DNA of 64,000 nt from an uncultured Christensenellaceae bacterium (GTDB lineage: Bacteria > Bacillota > Clostridia > Christensenellales > Borkfalkiaceae). The first letter of the stretch is position 1, and each line of letters opens with the position of its first letter. Under the pieces are notes generated by a model that saw only the letters and a list, made by a program, of their open reading frames with translations, was not told where the DNA came from and searched no databases. The DNA is taken from positions 5,377 through 69,376 of the forward strand of contig CAJUKK010000012.1 of assembly GCA_910586985.1 (NCBI GenBank). Direction: 5' to 3'. A program made the position numbers and the translations under genes. Positions 8,535 to 16,253 of this stretch are shown piece by piece.

Positions 8535-11124
8535 GCTTGCCGCCCGCCGAGCGCATGATCGCTTTATAACCCTCGCCGAAGGGCACGATGGAGATTGCGA
8601 GCAAAAGCACGACCGCCCATTGCGCGCCGCCGAGCGCCGTGAGGGAGAACATCATGCGGAACGCCGGCACGAGCGGGAGCATAACGTTGAGCGCGACGCC
8701 GGCAAGCGCGGTCAATATGAGGGCGCAGTTGGAGACGAGCCCCTTAAACCCGAGCGCGTCGCGTTCCCGCCGCACGTTGAACGCATGAAACAGCTCAACA
8801 AGCGACATCAGAAGGAACGCCGCCGTCGACGCCATGCCGTTGCCCCAGCGCGGAACGGCATATACGAACAAACCGAATACGAGCGCAGTCTGTACGAGCG
8901 CGAATACGATCATATCCGCAACCGACCGCCGCGAGAAGATATCTTCCGCAGAGACGGGCGGTTTTTTCATGACCCCTTCCGAGCGCTCCACGCCCAGCGC
9001 GAGCACGGGCAGAGAGTCCGTGATGAGATTGATCCACAAAAGCTGCGTCGAGGTCAAAAATTCAAACTTCCACAGAACGAGCGTTGCAAAGAGCACCGCG
9101 AGCACTTCCGCAAGGTTGGTGCTGAGGAAGAAGGAAATCGTCTTTTTGATGCTGTAAAAGACGTTGCGCCCCTCCTCCACCGCAGTCACCATCGCCGAAA
9201 AATCGTTATTTGCAAGCACCATGTCCGCGGCGTTCTTGGTTACGTCCGTTCCCGAACCCATCGCCACGCCGATGTCCGCCGCTTTAATGCTCGGCGCGTC
9301 GTTTACGCCGTCGCCCGTCATGGCGACGACTTCGCCCTGCACCTGCAACGCCTTTACGATTTCCGACTTATGCTTGGGGGAGACGCGCGCATATACCGAA
9401 AAATCCCGCGCGCGCGCCGTGTACGCCTCCTCCCCCATTTCGTCAAGTTCCTCGCCCGTGATCACCTCTTCGCGCCGCGTTGCTATTCCCAGCCGCCCGG
9501 CAATGGCAAACGCCGTGTCCGCGCCGTCGCCCGTAATCATAACAGTGCGTATTCCCGCGCCCTTTAACCGCGCGACCGCCTCCGCCGCGCCCTCCTTGGG
9601 CGGATCGAGCATGGCGGCAAGTCCGATAAACGTGAGATTCTCCTCCTTGACCGAACCGTGAAACTCCCCTACGGCAAAGGCAAGAACGCGCATTGCCTGC
9701 GACGAAAACGCCGTTACCTGACGGTTGATACGCTCCCGCTCCTCCTCCGTAAGCGCGCGCTCGCCCGCGCCGCTCATATACCGCGCGCAACGCTTTAAAA
9801 GCACGTCCGCCGCACCCTTGACAAAGAGCCTCGTTTTGCCGTTCGCCTCGGCGGCGACGCTCATCATCTTGCGCTCGGAGGTAAAGTCTATTCCGCCGAG
9901 CACGCGGTGTTCGCTGAAAAACGCGTGCCTGTCGGCGTATTCCACAAGTGAAATCTCCGTCGGATCACCCACGTACGCGCCCGCGCCGCCCTTGACCGTA
10001 TGGCAGACGCGCATACAGGTCAGCAGCTCCTTCTGCAACGCCGTACCCGCATATTTTTCGACGCCGGCTATCGAAAAGTCCGTTTTGATCTCCTCGACCG
10101 TCATTTTATTCTGGGTAAGCGTGCCCGTCTTATCCGAGCAAATACAGGTGCAGCTGCCCAGCGTTTCGACCGAAGAGAGCTTGCGCACGACCGCTTTTGC
10201 CCGCGCCATGCGCTGTACGCCCATGGCAAGAATGATGGTTACGACCGCTCCCATTCCCTCCGGTATGGCGGCGACGGCAACGGCGACCGCCGACATGACG
10301 TTGTGCAAAAAGCTGACGCGGCGGGAGAGCAATCCGCCCAAAAACAAAATCGCCGCAACCGAAAGTACGGTGACCGTAATGATCTTCCCGAGGCGGGAGA
10401 CCGTTTTATCGAGCGGGGTCGGCACCGGTTTGGAGGAGGACAAGAGTCCCGCAATCTTTCCCATCTCCGTGTCCATACCCGTTGCAATAACCACGCACCG
10501 CGCCCGCCCGCGCATGACGAAGGTAGACATATGAAGGGTGTTTTCCCGCTCGGCGAGCGCCGTTTTTTTGACAACGCAGTCCCGCTTTTTGGCGGGAGAG
10601 GATTCCCCCGTAAGCGCGGATTCGTCTACGCGCAGATTTTCGCTCGCGAGTATCCTGCAATCGGCGGGCACGCGGTCTCCCTCTTCGAGTTCGATAACGT
10701 CGCCCACCACAAGCTCTTCCGCATCCGTTACGATCACTTTCCCGTCGCGGACGACCTTGGCAGTCGCCTTGGAGAGCGTTTTTAATTTGTCGATTGCGGA
10801 ATCGGCGCGGAATTGCTGCAAAAATCCGACGATCGCGTTCAGGAGAATGATAAAGAGAAGTATGCCCGTATCGGCAAGTTCGCTCTTGTCCCCCGTCGTA
10901 AACGCGAGCACGCCCGAAAGAAACGCCGCCGCTATGAGTATGATCGACATCAAGTCCTTGAACTGCGCAAAAAACAGCCCCACAAGGCTGTGCCTTTTTT
11001 GCTCCTTTAAAGCGTTTTTTCCGTCGTGGGAAAGGCGGCTTGCCGCTTCCTTTGCGTCAAGTCCCCGCGGAGACGAACGCACGCGGGACAGCGCCTCTTC
11101 CGCCGTTAATTGATACTGTTCCAT
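8488..11124 (-). CDS. P-type cation-transporting ATPase (Ca2+ pump-like, type II)
   Basis: TGES, phosphorylation motif CSDKTGTLTQNKM and hinge TGDGVNDAPS. Trimmed to Met25 (MEQYQLTAEEAL). Ca2+ specificity is inferred from overall architecture only. Confidence 0.88.
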   Translation of the reverse strand: MEQYQLTAEEALSRVRSSPRGLDAKEAASRLSHDGKNALKEQKRHSLVGLFFAQFKDLMSIILIAAAFLSGVLAFTTGDKSELADTGILLFIILLNAIVGFLQQFRADSAIDKLKTLSKATAKVVRDGKVIVTDAEELVVGDVIELEEGDRVPADCRILASENLRVDESALTGESSPAKKRDCVVKKTALAERENTLHMSTFVMRGRARCVVIATGMDTEMGKIAGLLSSSKPVPTPLDKTVSRLGKIITVTVLSVAAILFLGGLLSRRVSFLHNVMSAVAVAVAAIPEGMGAVVTIILAMGVQRMARAKAVVRKLSSVETLGSCTCICSDKTGTLTQNKMTVEEIKTDFSIAGVEKYAGTALQKELLTCMRVCHTVKGGAGAYVGDPTEISLVEYADRHAFFSEHRVLGGIDFTSERKMMSVAAEANGKTRLFVKGAADVLLKRCARYMSGAGERALTEEERERINRQVTAFSSQAMRVLAFAVGEFHGSVKEENLTFIGLAAMLDPPKEGAAEAVARLKGAGIRTVMITGDGADTAFAIAGRLGIATRREEVITGEELDEMGEEAYTARARDFSVYARVSPKHKSEIVKALQVQGEVVAMTGDGVNDAPSIKAADIGVAMGSGTDVTKNAADMVLANNDFSAMVTAVEEGRNVFYSIKKTISFFLSTNLAEVLAVLFATLVLWKFEFLTSTQLLWINLITDSLPVLALGVERSEGVMKKPPVSAEDIFSRRSVADMIVFALVQTALVFGLFVYAVPRWGNGMASTAAFLLMSLVELFHAFNVRRERDALGFKGLVSNCALILTALAGVALNVMLPLVPAFRMMFSLTALGGAQWAVVLLLAISIVPFGEGYKAIMRSAGGKLKRRKKYSLARGSIR

Positions 11125-11176
11125 ACCCGTATGGTATGAGCGCAGACGCGCAAATATGCCAATGCCGCGCCGCCCG

Positions 11177-11206
11177 TAAAAATAAGTCCCGCTCAATCAC
11201 GGGACT
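11177..11206 (-). terminator. Intrinsic terminator after the XRE gene at 11225
   Basis: Minus-sense GUCCCG-loop-CGGGAC hairpin followed by UUAUUUUU. Confidence 0.5.
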
Positions 11207-11224
11207 CGTAAAAAGGCATTGCGA

Positions 11225-11434
11225 TCACTGCAAGAAAAGAATGTAATTTGCATCCAGATCGAGCAGACGGCATAAATTGGCAAACGTGTCGAACGCGGGC
11301 ATCTTGCACCGCCGCACGTAGCTGGAAACAGCCTGCTGACTGACACCGATCTTTTTTGCGATCTTCGTTTGACTCATTCCGCTGTGTATTATTTCTTCCG
11401 CCAACCTCTCCTGAATCTGTTCGAGCGTTACCAT
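11225..11434 (-). CDS. Small XRE-family HTH protein (type a, copy 1)
   Basis: 69 aa, a single HTH domain (MSQTKIAKKIGVSQQAVSSYV) with tail LCRLLDLDANYILFLQ. Paralog of 12476..12688. SD GAGGGGGG upstream. Confidence 0.85.
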   Translation of the reverse strand: MVTLEQIQERLAEEIIHSGMSQTKIAKKIGVSQQAVSSYVRRCKMPAFDTFANLCRLLDLDANYILFLQ

Positions 11435-11469
11435 ATCCCCCCCCTCGATAAGTTTATATTAATATTTTA

Positions 11470-11540
11470 CTATGATTGGCTGATAAAAACTTGACTAAAA
11501 CCATTGGTTGTATTATAATATCGACAACCGATAATTGTGG
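11470..11540 (+). promoter_or_regulatory. Divergent control region: consensus-like promoter with a palindrome in its spacer, plus flanking related sites
   Basis: TTGACT (11491-96), a 17-nt spacer, then TATAAT (11514-19). The perfect palindrome AACCATTGGTT (11499-11509) lies inside the spacer. Related sites are ATGATTGG (~11472) and AATTGTGG (11533-40), each about 30 bp away. Confidence 0.55.
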
Positions 11541-11577
11541 CCGCAAAATACGAAAATATTACAAAAAGAGGAAAGCT

Positions 11578-11853
11578 ATGGAACAACAGATAGGAAACTG
11601 TTCCCGTTGCATGTATTTCGACCGTTATTTTGTAAAAAAAGCGACGACTTTTCAAAGCACTTCGATCGGATGGTGCGAAGTAAAAAAAGAGATCGTAAAA
11701 TCGCGCGACAGTTGCGAGGAATGCAAAAAAAGACAGTTGCGAAGAACATCCTATCACGCGCTGATACTTCATTTGAACGACCTTTTAACGGAAATCAGCG
11801 AAGTAAAAGGTATATTAGAGGACGTCGATTATGAAAGCAGACACCTGCTTTAA
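11578..11853 (+). CDS. 4-Cys mini-protein, type A, copy 1 (zinc-ribbon-like plus C-terminal amphipathic helix)
   Basis: ORF 11476..11853 trimmed to the ATG at 11578, preceded by AAAGAGGAAAG. 91 aa with Cys at 8, 11, 33, 46 and 49, and tail LNDLLTEISEVKGILED. Paralog of 13226..13507. Confidence 0.7.
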   Translation: MEQQIGNCSRCMYFDRYFVKKATTFQSTSIGWCEVKKEIVKSRDSCEECKKRQLRRTSYHALILHLNDLLTEISEVKGILEDVDYESRHLL

Positions 11854-12067
11854 TTGCAGTTATTGCCGACGAATGTACAGACGTTTGTGGTATCGCTACA
11901 TACGCATACAAGGTTTTTACTGTACCCGATCGAAGGAAATGATCGACCGGAAAACCCCTTGCGAAAAATATAAACCGCGGGGAGAAGAATACGACCTTTC
12001 GGACGAGAGATTCGAGAAGGTCGAAAACGATATTCGGGCGATGTTGGAATATTTTAAAAAAGAATAA
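11831..12067 (+). CDS. 4-Cys mini-protein, type B, copy 1
   Basis: 78 aa, overlapping the type-A gene by 23 nt, with a GAGGA SD. Cys at 6, 9, 12, 31 and 44 (C-x12-C-E-K-Y). Helical tail ERFEKVENDIRAMLEYF. Paralog of 13479..13724. Confidence 0.65.
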   Translation: MKADTCFNCSYCRRMYRRLWYRYIRIQGFYCTRSKEMIDRKTPCEKYKPRGEEYDLSDERFEKVENDIRAMLEYFKKE

Positions 12068-12070
12068 GAA

Positions 12071-12108
12071 AGAGCGACCGGCGCGTAAACGCGCCGGTCG
12101 CTCTTTTA
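12071..12108. terminator. Bidirectional hairpin terminator
   Basis: Perfect 15-bp stem AGAGCGACCGGCGCG / CGCGCCGGTCGCTCT with a TAAA loop and a T-run, between convergent genes. Confidence 0.7.
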
Positions 12109-12309
12109 TATATCTTGGTTTAACAATTCATCTAAAGTTACCCCGTAATATTCGGCTAAAATGATACAATCTTCTACGTTCGGAATCACTTTTCCCGTCT
12201 CCCAACGACTGATGCTTGCGTTACTGATTCCCGTATCCTTTTCCACTTGTAATAAGGTTTTATTGCTAAGCAATCTTTGCGCTCTCATGGCATTGCCGAT
12301 ATTTTTCAT
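12106..12309 (-). CDS. Small XRE-family HTH protein (type b, copy 1)
   Basis: 67 aa, LLQVEKDTGISNASISRWETGKVIPNV. Same subtype as 12897..13100. Confidence 0.85.
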   Translation of the reverse strand: MKNIGNAMRAQRLLSNKTLLQVEKDTGISNASISRWETGKVIPNVEDCIILAEYYGVTLDELLNQDI

Positions 12310-12354
12310 AAGTATCCCTTTAAACTATATTGCAACGTGATAGTTTATGCTGGA

Positions 12355-12435
12355 TTTTACAGATAACGTCTGTAAAAATAAAATACCACAGACAATATCT
12401 GTAAGTCAAGCATTTTACAGATATTCCCTGTAAAA
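12355..12435. promoter_or_regulatory. Three operator-like inverted repeats between divergent HTH genes
   Basis: TTTTACAGAtaacgTCTGTAAAA (12355-77), ACAGAcaataTCTGT (12388-402) and TTTTACAGatattcCCTGTAAAA (12413-35). Confidence 0.6.
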
Positions 12436-12475
12436 TTATTTAAAAAACTTTTTCAAATTATAGGAAGAAAACGAC

Positions 12476-12688
12476 ATGATAACACTTGATCAGATACAAA
12501 TCCGCATAGCCGAAAGTATAAAGCAAAGCAACATGACACAAACCGCAATTGCAAATGCGTTGAATATTAAGCAACAAACCATCGCCTGCTATCTTGCGGG
12601 AAAAGCTATGCCCGCGCTCGACACATTGTCAAACCTTTGCAAACTTTTAGACCTCGATGCAAACTACATTCTATGCTTAACAGATTAA
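12476..12688 (+). CDS. Small XRE-family HTH protein (type a, copy 2)
   Basis: 70 aa, MTQTAIANALNIKQQTIACYL...LCKLLDLDANYILCLTD. Clear paralog of 11225..11434. Confidence 0.85.
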   Translation: MITLDQIQIRIAESIKQSNMTQTAIANALNIKQQTIACYLAGKAMPALDTLSNLCKLLDLDANYILCLTD

Positions 12689-12722
12689 AACGGGCGAGCG
12701 CAAATGCGCTCGCCCGTTTTGT
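12689..12722 (+). terminator. Intrinsic terminator
   Basis: ACGGGCGAGCGC-AAAT-GCGCTCGCCCGT followed by TTTT, immediately after the stop codon. Confidence 0.7.
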
Positions 12723-12896
12723 TAAATATTCAGAAAATAATCACAACTTAAATCCACATTTATGGACAATCCGATTTAATTGCAAATAATTTTCTACAAT
12801 TTTGCAGAATGCAAGCAAAATCAATCGGCTTTTATTATAATTCTTTTTGAGTTATCAAACTGATAATTTCCGTAATTTAAAATATCGCATTTAAAA

Positions 12897-13100
12897 TCAA
12901 TTATTTAAATCAAGGATATAGTCGGTTGTAACTCCAAAATACTGCGCCAATTTTATTAAAACCGCCACACTTGGCACTCTTTGTCCACTTTCCCAATACT
13001 GAATTGCACTTTTACTAAACCCCGTTTCTGTTGCAAGTTCGGTTATTGTCACCTTTCTTTCTTCTCGTAATTCTTTTAAGCGAACCAAGTAAACTTTCAT
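12897..13100 (-). CDS. Small XRE-family HTH protein (type b, copy 2)
   Basis: 67 aa, ITELATETGFSKSAIQYWESGQRVPSV. No SD upstream. Two TAAAAT hexamers lie directly in front of the ATG, so the mRNA may be leaderless. Confidence 0.8.
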   Translation of the reverse strand: MKVYLVRLKELREERKVTITELATETGFSKSAIQYWESGQRVPSVAVLIKLAQYFGVTTDYILDLNN

Positions 13101-13112
13101 ATTTTAATTTTA

Positions 13113-13191
13113 CCACAATTATGACAAAATAGCTTGACAAACCACCATTGTGGGTGACATGTTAACAAACACCACAATTGTGGTCTAACAA
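13113..13191. promoter_or_regulatory. Operator triplet and candidate promoter for the second Cys-protein pair
   Basis: Three related 12-mers: CCACAATTATGA (13113-24), CCACCATTGTGG (13142-53) and the perfect palindrome CCACAATTGTGG (13172-83), spaced 29 and 30 bp apart. The last lies between TTAACA (13162-67) and TAACAA (13186-91). Confidence 0.5.
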
Positions 13192-13225
13192 TTACCGCAA
13201 ATCTTAAAAAAAGAGGAAAAAAATA

Positions 13226-13507
13226 ATGGAAAACCATCCCAACAGATGCAGCAGATGTCGATTTTTCGACAGATACTACACCAAAGAAACAAAAAAGTTC
13301 CGCCGTACCGAATGCGGCTGGTGCCGGAAAAAACAAGAGCTTGTAAGCACGCACGGTGAATGCGAAAAATATTCGGCGCGTACGCGCCGATGCATGCCCC
13401 AACGCGCACTCTACCTTCAACTAAACGACCTTTTAACTGAAATTTCCGAAATCCGAAATTTTTTGGAGGACAACAAACTTGAAGGCGAAGACAACAAAAC
13501 TCTGTAA
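13226..13507 (+). CDS. 4-Cys mini-protein, type A, copy 2
   Basis: 93 aa. CSRCRFFDRYY...CGWC...C-x12-CEKY and LNDLLTEISEIRNFLED. AGAGGA SD. Confidence 0.7.
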   Translation: MENHPNRCSRCRFFDRYYTKETKKFRRTECGWCRKKQELVSTHGECEKYSARTRRCMPQRALYLQLNDLLTEISEIRNFLEDNKLEGEDNKTL

Positions 13508-13724
13508 AGACTGCAACTTCTGTAAACGGGCATACAAGAGGATCTGGTGCGAATATTACACGAAAAAACGGTATCTATGCACCCTCGGCGACCGTTTGAC
13601 CCTGCGCGAAAATTCCTGCGACAATTGGCAGAAAAAAGAGCTCGACTACGACCTATCGCAAAAAAGATTCGACGATATCGAAAAGGATATCCGCCGTCTT
13701 TTGGATCGGCTTTCTAAAATATAA
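13479..13724 (+). CDS. 4-Cys mini-protein, type B, copy 2
   Basis: 81 aa with a TTG start 8 nt after GGAGGA, overlapping the type-A gene by 29 nt. CKDCNFC...C-x12-CDNW. Tail KRFDDIEKDIRRLLDRL. Confidence 0.6.
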   Translation: MKAKTTKLCKDCNFCKRAYKRIWCEYYTKKRYLCTLGDRLTLRENSCDNWQKKELDYDLSQKRFDDIEKDIRRLLDRLSKI

Positions 13725-13754
13725 AAATTGAGCCCGCCGCAAAGCGACGGACTC
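13721..13754 (-). terminator. Intrinsic terminator of the pyr operon
   Basis: Minus-sense GAGUCCGUCGC-UUU-GCGGCGGGCUC (two G-U pairs) followed by AAUUUUUAU, 30 nt after the pyrE stop. Confidence 0.6.
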
Positions 13755-13783
13755 AAAAAATTAGGAAGTGTGTGTGAGCAATG

Positions 13784-14443
13784 TTAATATTCTGCGCCGT
13801 ACTCTTTTAAATATGCGCGCATAGCGGGGAGATATTCCTTACCCTCGATTACGCCCGCCTCGATCGCCTCGATAATGTCCTGCACGGTGACGATGGAATA
13901 TACTTTAACGCCGAAGTTATCGAGCGCCTCTTGTACGGCGGACTTTTCGCCCGTGCCTTTTTCCTGACGGTCGACGGAGATGATCATCGCCTCTACGTCT
14001 ACGTTTGCCTCCGCCTCGAGCTTGGGCAGAATTTCGCGCAGAGCTTTGCCCGAAGTCATTACGTCCTCGATAATGGCTACCTTATCCCCTTCTAAAAGCT
14101 GCTGACCGACGAACATACCGCCCTCGCCGTGATCCTTTACCTCTTTGCGGTCGAAACAGAAACCCACGTCTACCCCGTGGTTTTTTGCAAGCGCGATCGC
14201 CGTTGCAACGGCAAGCGGAATGCCCTTGTACGCCGGCCCGACGAGCGTTTTCACGTTTAATTTATGTTCGAGATAGCACTCCGCGTAATATTCGCCGAGC
14301 TGCATGATCTGCGAACCCGTTCTATACTTGCCCGCATTCATAAAATACGGCGCTTTCCTGCCGCTTTTCAGCGTAAACTCGCCAAAGAGCAGCACTTCGT
14401 TTTCCACCATGAATTTGATAAAGCGTTGTTTGTAAGTAAGCAT
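13784..14443 (-). CDS. pyrE: Orotate phosphoribosyltransferase
   Basis: 219 aa. FGEFTLKSGRKAPYFMNAG and PRPP-binding loop VAIIEDVMTSGKA. Confidence 0.92.
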   Translation of the reverse strand: MLTYKQRFIKFMVENEVLLFGEFTLKSGRKAPYFMNAGKYRTGSQIMQLGEYYAECYLEHKLNVKTLVGPAYKGIPLAVATAIALAKNHGVDVGFCFDRKEVKDHGEGGMFVGQQLLEGDKVAIIEDVMTSGKALREILPKLEAEANVDVEAMIISVDRQEKGTGEKSAVQEALDNFGVKVYSIVTVQDIIEAIEAGVIEGKEYLPAMRAYLKEYGAEY

Positions 14444-14459
14444 AACTTTTTCTCCCGTT

Positions 14460-15368
14460 TTAATTTAATCTGAGCGCGCCCGTAAGCTCGCTTATTTTTT
14501 TGACTCCGTGAAGGTCGCACCACGCGTTTAACCCCTCGATAATTCTGGGGCAGGCGAGCGTATCGGTAAAATTCTGCGTGCCCACCTGAACGGCGACCGC
14601 GCCCGCCATTAAAAATTCGATCGCATCCTCCGCGCACGTGATCCCGCCCATGCCGATCACGGGAATTTCGACTGCGTGCGCCGCCTCGTACACCATGCGC
14701 ACGGCGATCGGCTTGATCCCCGCGCCCGAAACGCCGCCCGTGTTGTTGGCGATGATCGGCTTTCTGCGCTCGATATCGATCGCCATACCCGTAAAGGTAT
14801 TTACGAGCGACAGGCAATCCGCGCCGCCCCTTTCCGCCGCGCGGGCGTTATTTGCAATGCTCTCCACGTTGGGCGAAAGCTTTACGATGAGGGGCGTTTT
14901 TTTGAGCGCCGACTTTGCGGCGTTCGTCACCTCCTCCACGCTCTCAGGCTGTATGCCGAACGCCATACCGCCGCACTTTACGTTGGGGCAGGAGATATTC
15001 AGCTCGATAAAATCGACGAGTCCGTCGAGTCGGGCGCAGATGTTTTTGTAATCTTCGAGCGTCTTTCCCGCAACGTTTGCGACGACGCGCGTTTTCGATT
15101 TCAGCCATTCGAGGTCGTTTTTAATAAAGCTCTCCACGCCCGGATTTTGCAAACCGACGGCGTTTAAGATAACCCCGCGGCTCTCCGCAATGCGCGGTAC
15201 GGGATTGCCTAGGCGAAGTTCGGGCGTAAGTCCCTTCGTCGCCACGCCGCCAAGGCAGGAAATATCGTAAATTTCGTCGAACTCGCGCCCGAATCCGAAC
15301 GTTCCCGATGCGGGAATCACGGGATTTTTTAACTCCACTCCGCAGAGCGATACGCGTAAATCAGCCAT
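14460..15368 (-). CDS. pyrD: Dihydroorotate dehydrogenase B, catalytic subunit
   Basis: 302 aa class-1B DHODase (ASGTFGFG, NISCPNV, GGI..AEDA). Adjacent to pyrK. Confidence 0.92.
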   Translation of the reverse strand: MADLRVSLCGVELKNPVIPASGTFGFGREFDEIYDISCLGGVATKGLTPELRLGNPVPRIAESRGVILNAVGLQNPGVESFIKNDLEWLKSKTRVVANVAGKTLEDYKNICARLDGLVDFIELNISCPNVKCGGMAFGIQPESVEEVTNAAKSALKKTPLIVKLSPNVESIANNARAAERGGADCLSLVNTFTGMAIDIERRKPIIANNTGGVSGAGIKPIAVRMVYEAAHAVEIPVIGMGGITCAEDAIEFLMAGAVAVQVGTQNFTDTLACPRIIEGLNAWCDLHGVKKISELTGALRLN

Positions 15369-15497
15369 AACTTCTCCTTGTATATCATGCGTTTGCTTGC
15401 CCGCCGTCTTTATAGGCGCGCGCGCTCCGCGGTCTGCGTTTGCGCGCGGAAGGCGTTTTTGAATGCAACGCTTGCAAACCCTTTCGGCTTTCCATCT

Positions 15498-16253
15498 TTA
15501 TCGGATATCCACTTCGTTGATCTCAAACACCGGCCCGTCTTTGCAGACGCGCGCGTGCGCGCCGTTCGTCCTCTCGCACACGCACACGAGGCACGCGCCG
15601 ATCCCGCAACCCATGCGCTCTTCGAGCGATACGTATACGGGAATGCCCTTGCCCTTTACCGCCTCTTTTAACGCGCGGAGCATGGGAGTGGGCCCGCAGG
15701 CGAGCACGACGTCCGGACGGAACGAATCGAAATCTTTTTCGAACGCCTCCACCGCCGTTCCGTGATAACCGACGCTCCCGTCGTCCGTGGCGATCGTAAG
15801 CGTTGCGTTTTTGCGCATTTCGTATTCCATGCAGACGGCGTTTTTGTTCCTGAATCCTATGTACGCCGCAATCTCCTTGGTTTTACCGTATTCGCGGATC
15901 GCCGAAACGAGCGGGAAAATCCCCACGCCGCCGCCCACGACGGCAACGCGCTTTTCGCCGTCCTTTACGTAAAATCCGTTGCCGAGCGGGAGCAGTACGG
16001 AGACCCTCTCCCCCGCTTTATAGTCTCTTGCAAGCGACCTCGTTCCCTCGCCCTTCAAACGGTAGCACACGGTGATGCGCTCGCCCTCCGCCTTGCAGAT
16101 TGCGATCGGACGGCGCAGAGGGCGCTGTCCCACGCCGATCATGCAAAACTGCCCGCAACGTACGGGAACCTTTTCTTCCGTGGAGAACGTGAGGCTGTAA
16201 ACCTCCTCCGCGATCTGTTTATTTTCAAGTACCAGAGCGTTTACTTCGCGCAT
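15498..16253 (-). CDS. pyrK: Dihydroorotate dehydrogenase B, electron-transfer (FAD/2Fe-2S) subunit
   Basis: Trimmed to Met16 (MREVNALV). C-terminal Cys cluster MGCGIGACLVCVC...CKDGPVF. 13-nt overlap with pyrF. Confidence 0.88.
   Translation of the reverse strand: MREVNALVLENKQIAEEVYSLTFSTEEKVPVRCGQFCMIGVGQRPLRRPIAICKAEGERITVCYRLKGEGTRSLARDYKAGERVSVLLPLGNGFYVKDGEKRVAVVGGGVGIFPLVSAIREYGKTKEIAAYIGFRNKNAVCMEYEMRKNATLTIATDDGSVGYHGTAVEAFEKDFDSFRPDVVLACGPTPMLRALKEAVKGKGIPVYVSLEERMGCGIGACLVCVCERTNGAHARVCKDGPVFEINEVDIR

Noticed and set aside
8620-10785. Several 260-315 aa plus-strand ORFs (8620-9567, 9725-10534, 10000-10785)
   Set aside because: All are antisense to the P-type ATPase gene, mutually overlapping, with biased Arg/His or Ser/Ala composition. 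Not credible genes.
11470-13420. Minus-strand ORFs 11470-11772 and 13097-13420 opposite the type-A Cys genes
   Set aside because: They run antisense through promoters and operators, lack an SD and are hydrophobic or Phe-rich. The plus-strand genes have SDs, paralogs and conserved Cys patterns, so the plus-strand reading is preferred.
15369-15497. 129-nt GC-rich spacer between pyrK and pyrD as a regulatory RNA
   Set aside because: It has some self-complementarity (CGCGCGC...GCGCGCG) but no U-run, no promoter-like hexamers and no recognisable motif. Most simply it is an intercistronic spacer.
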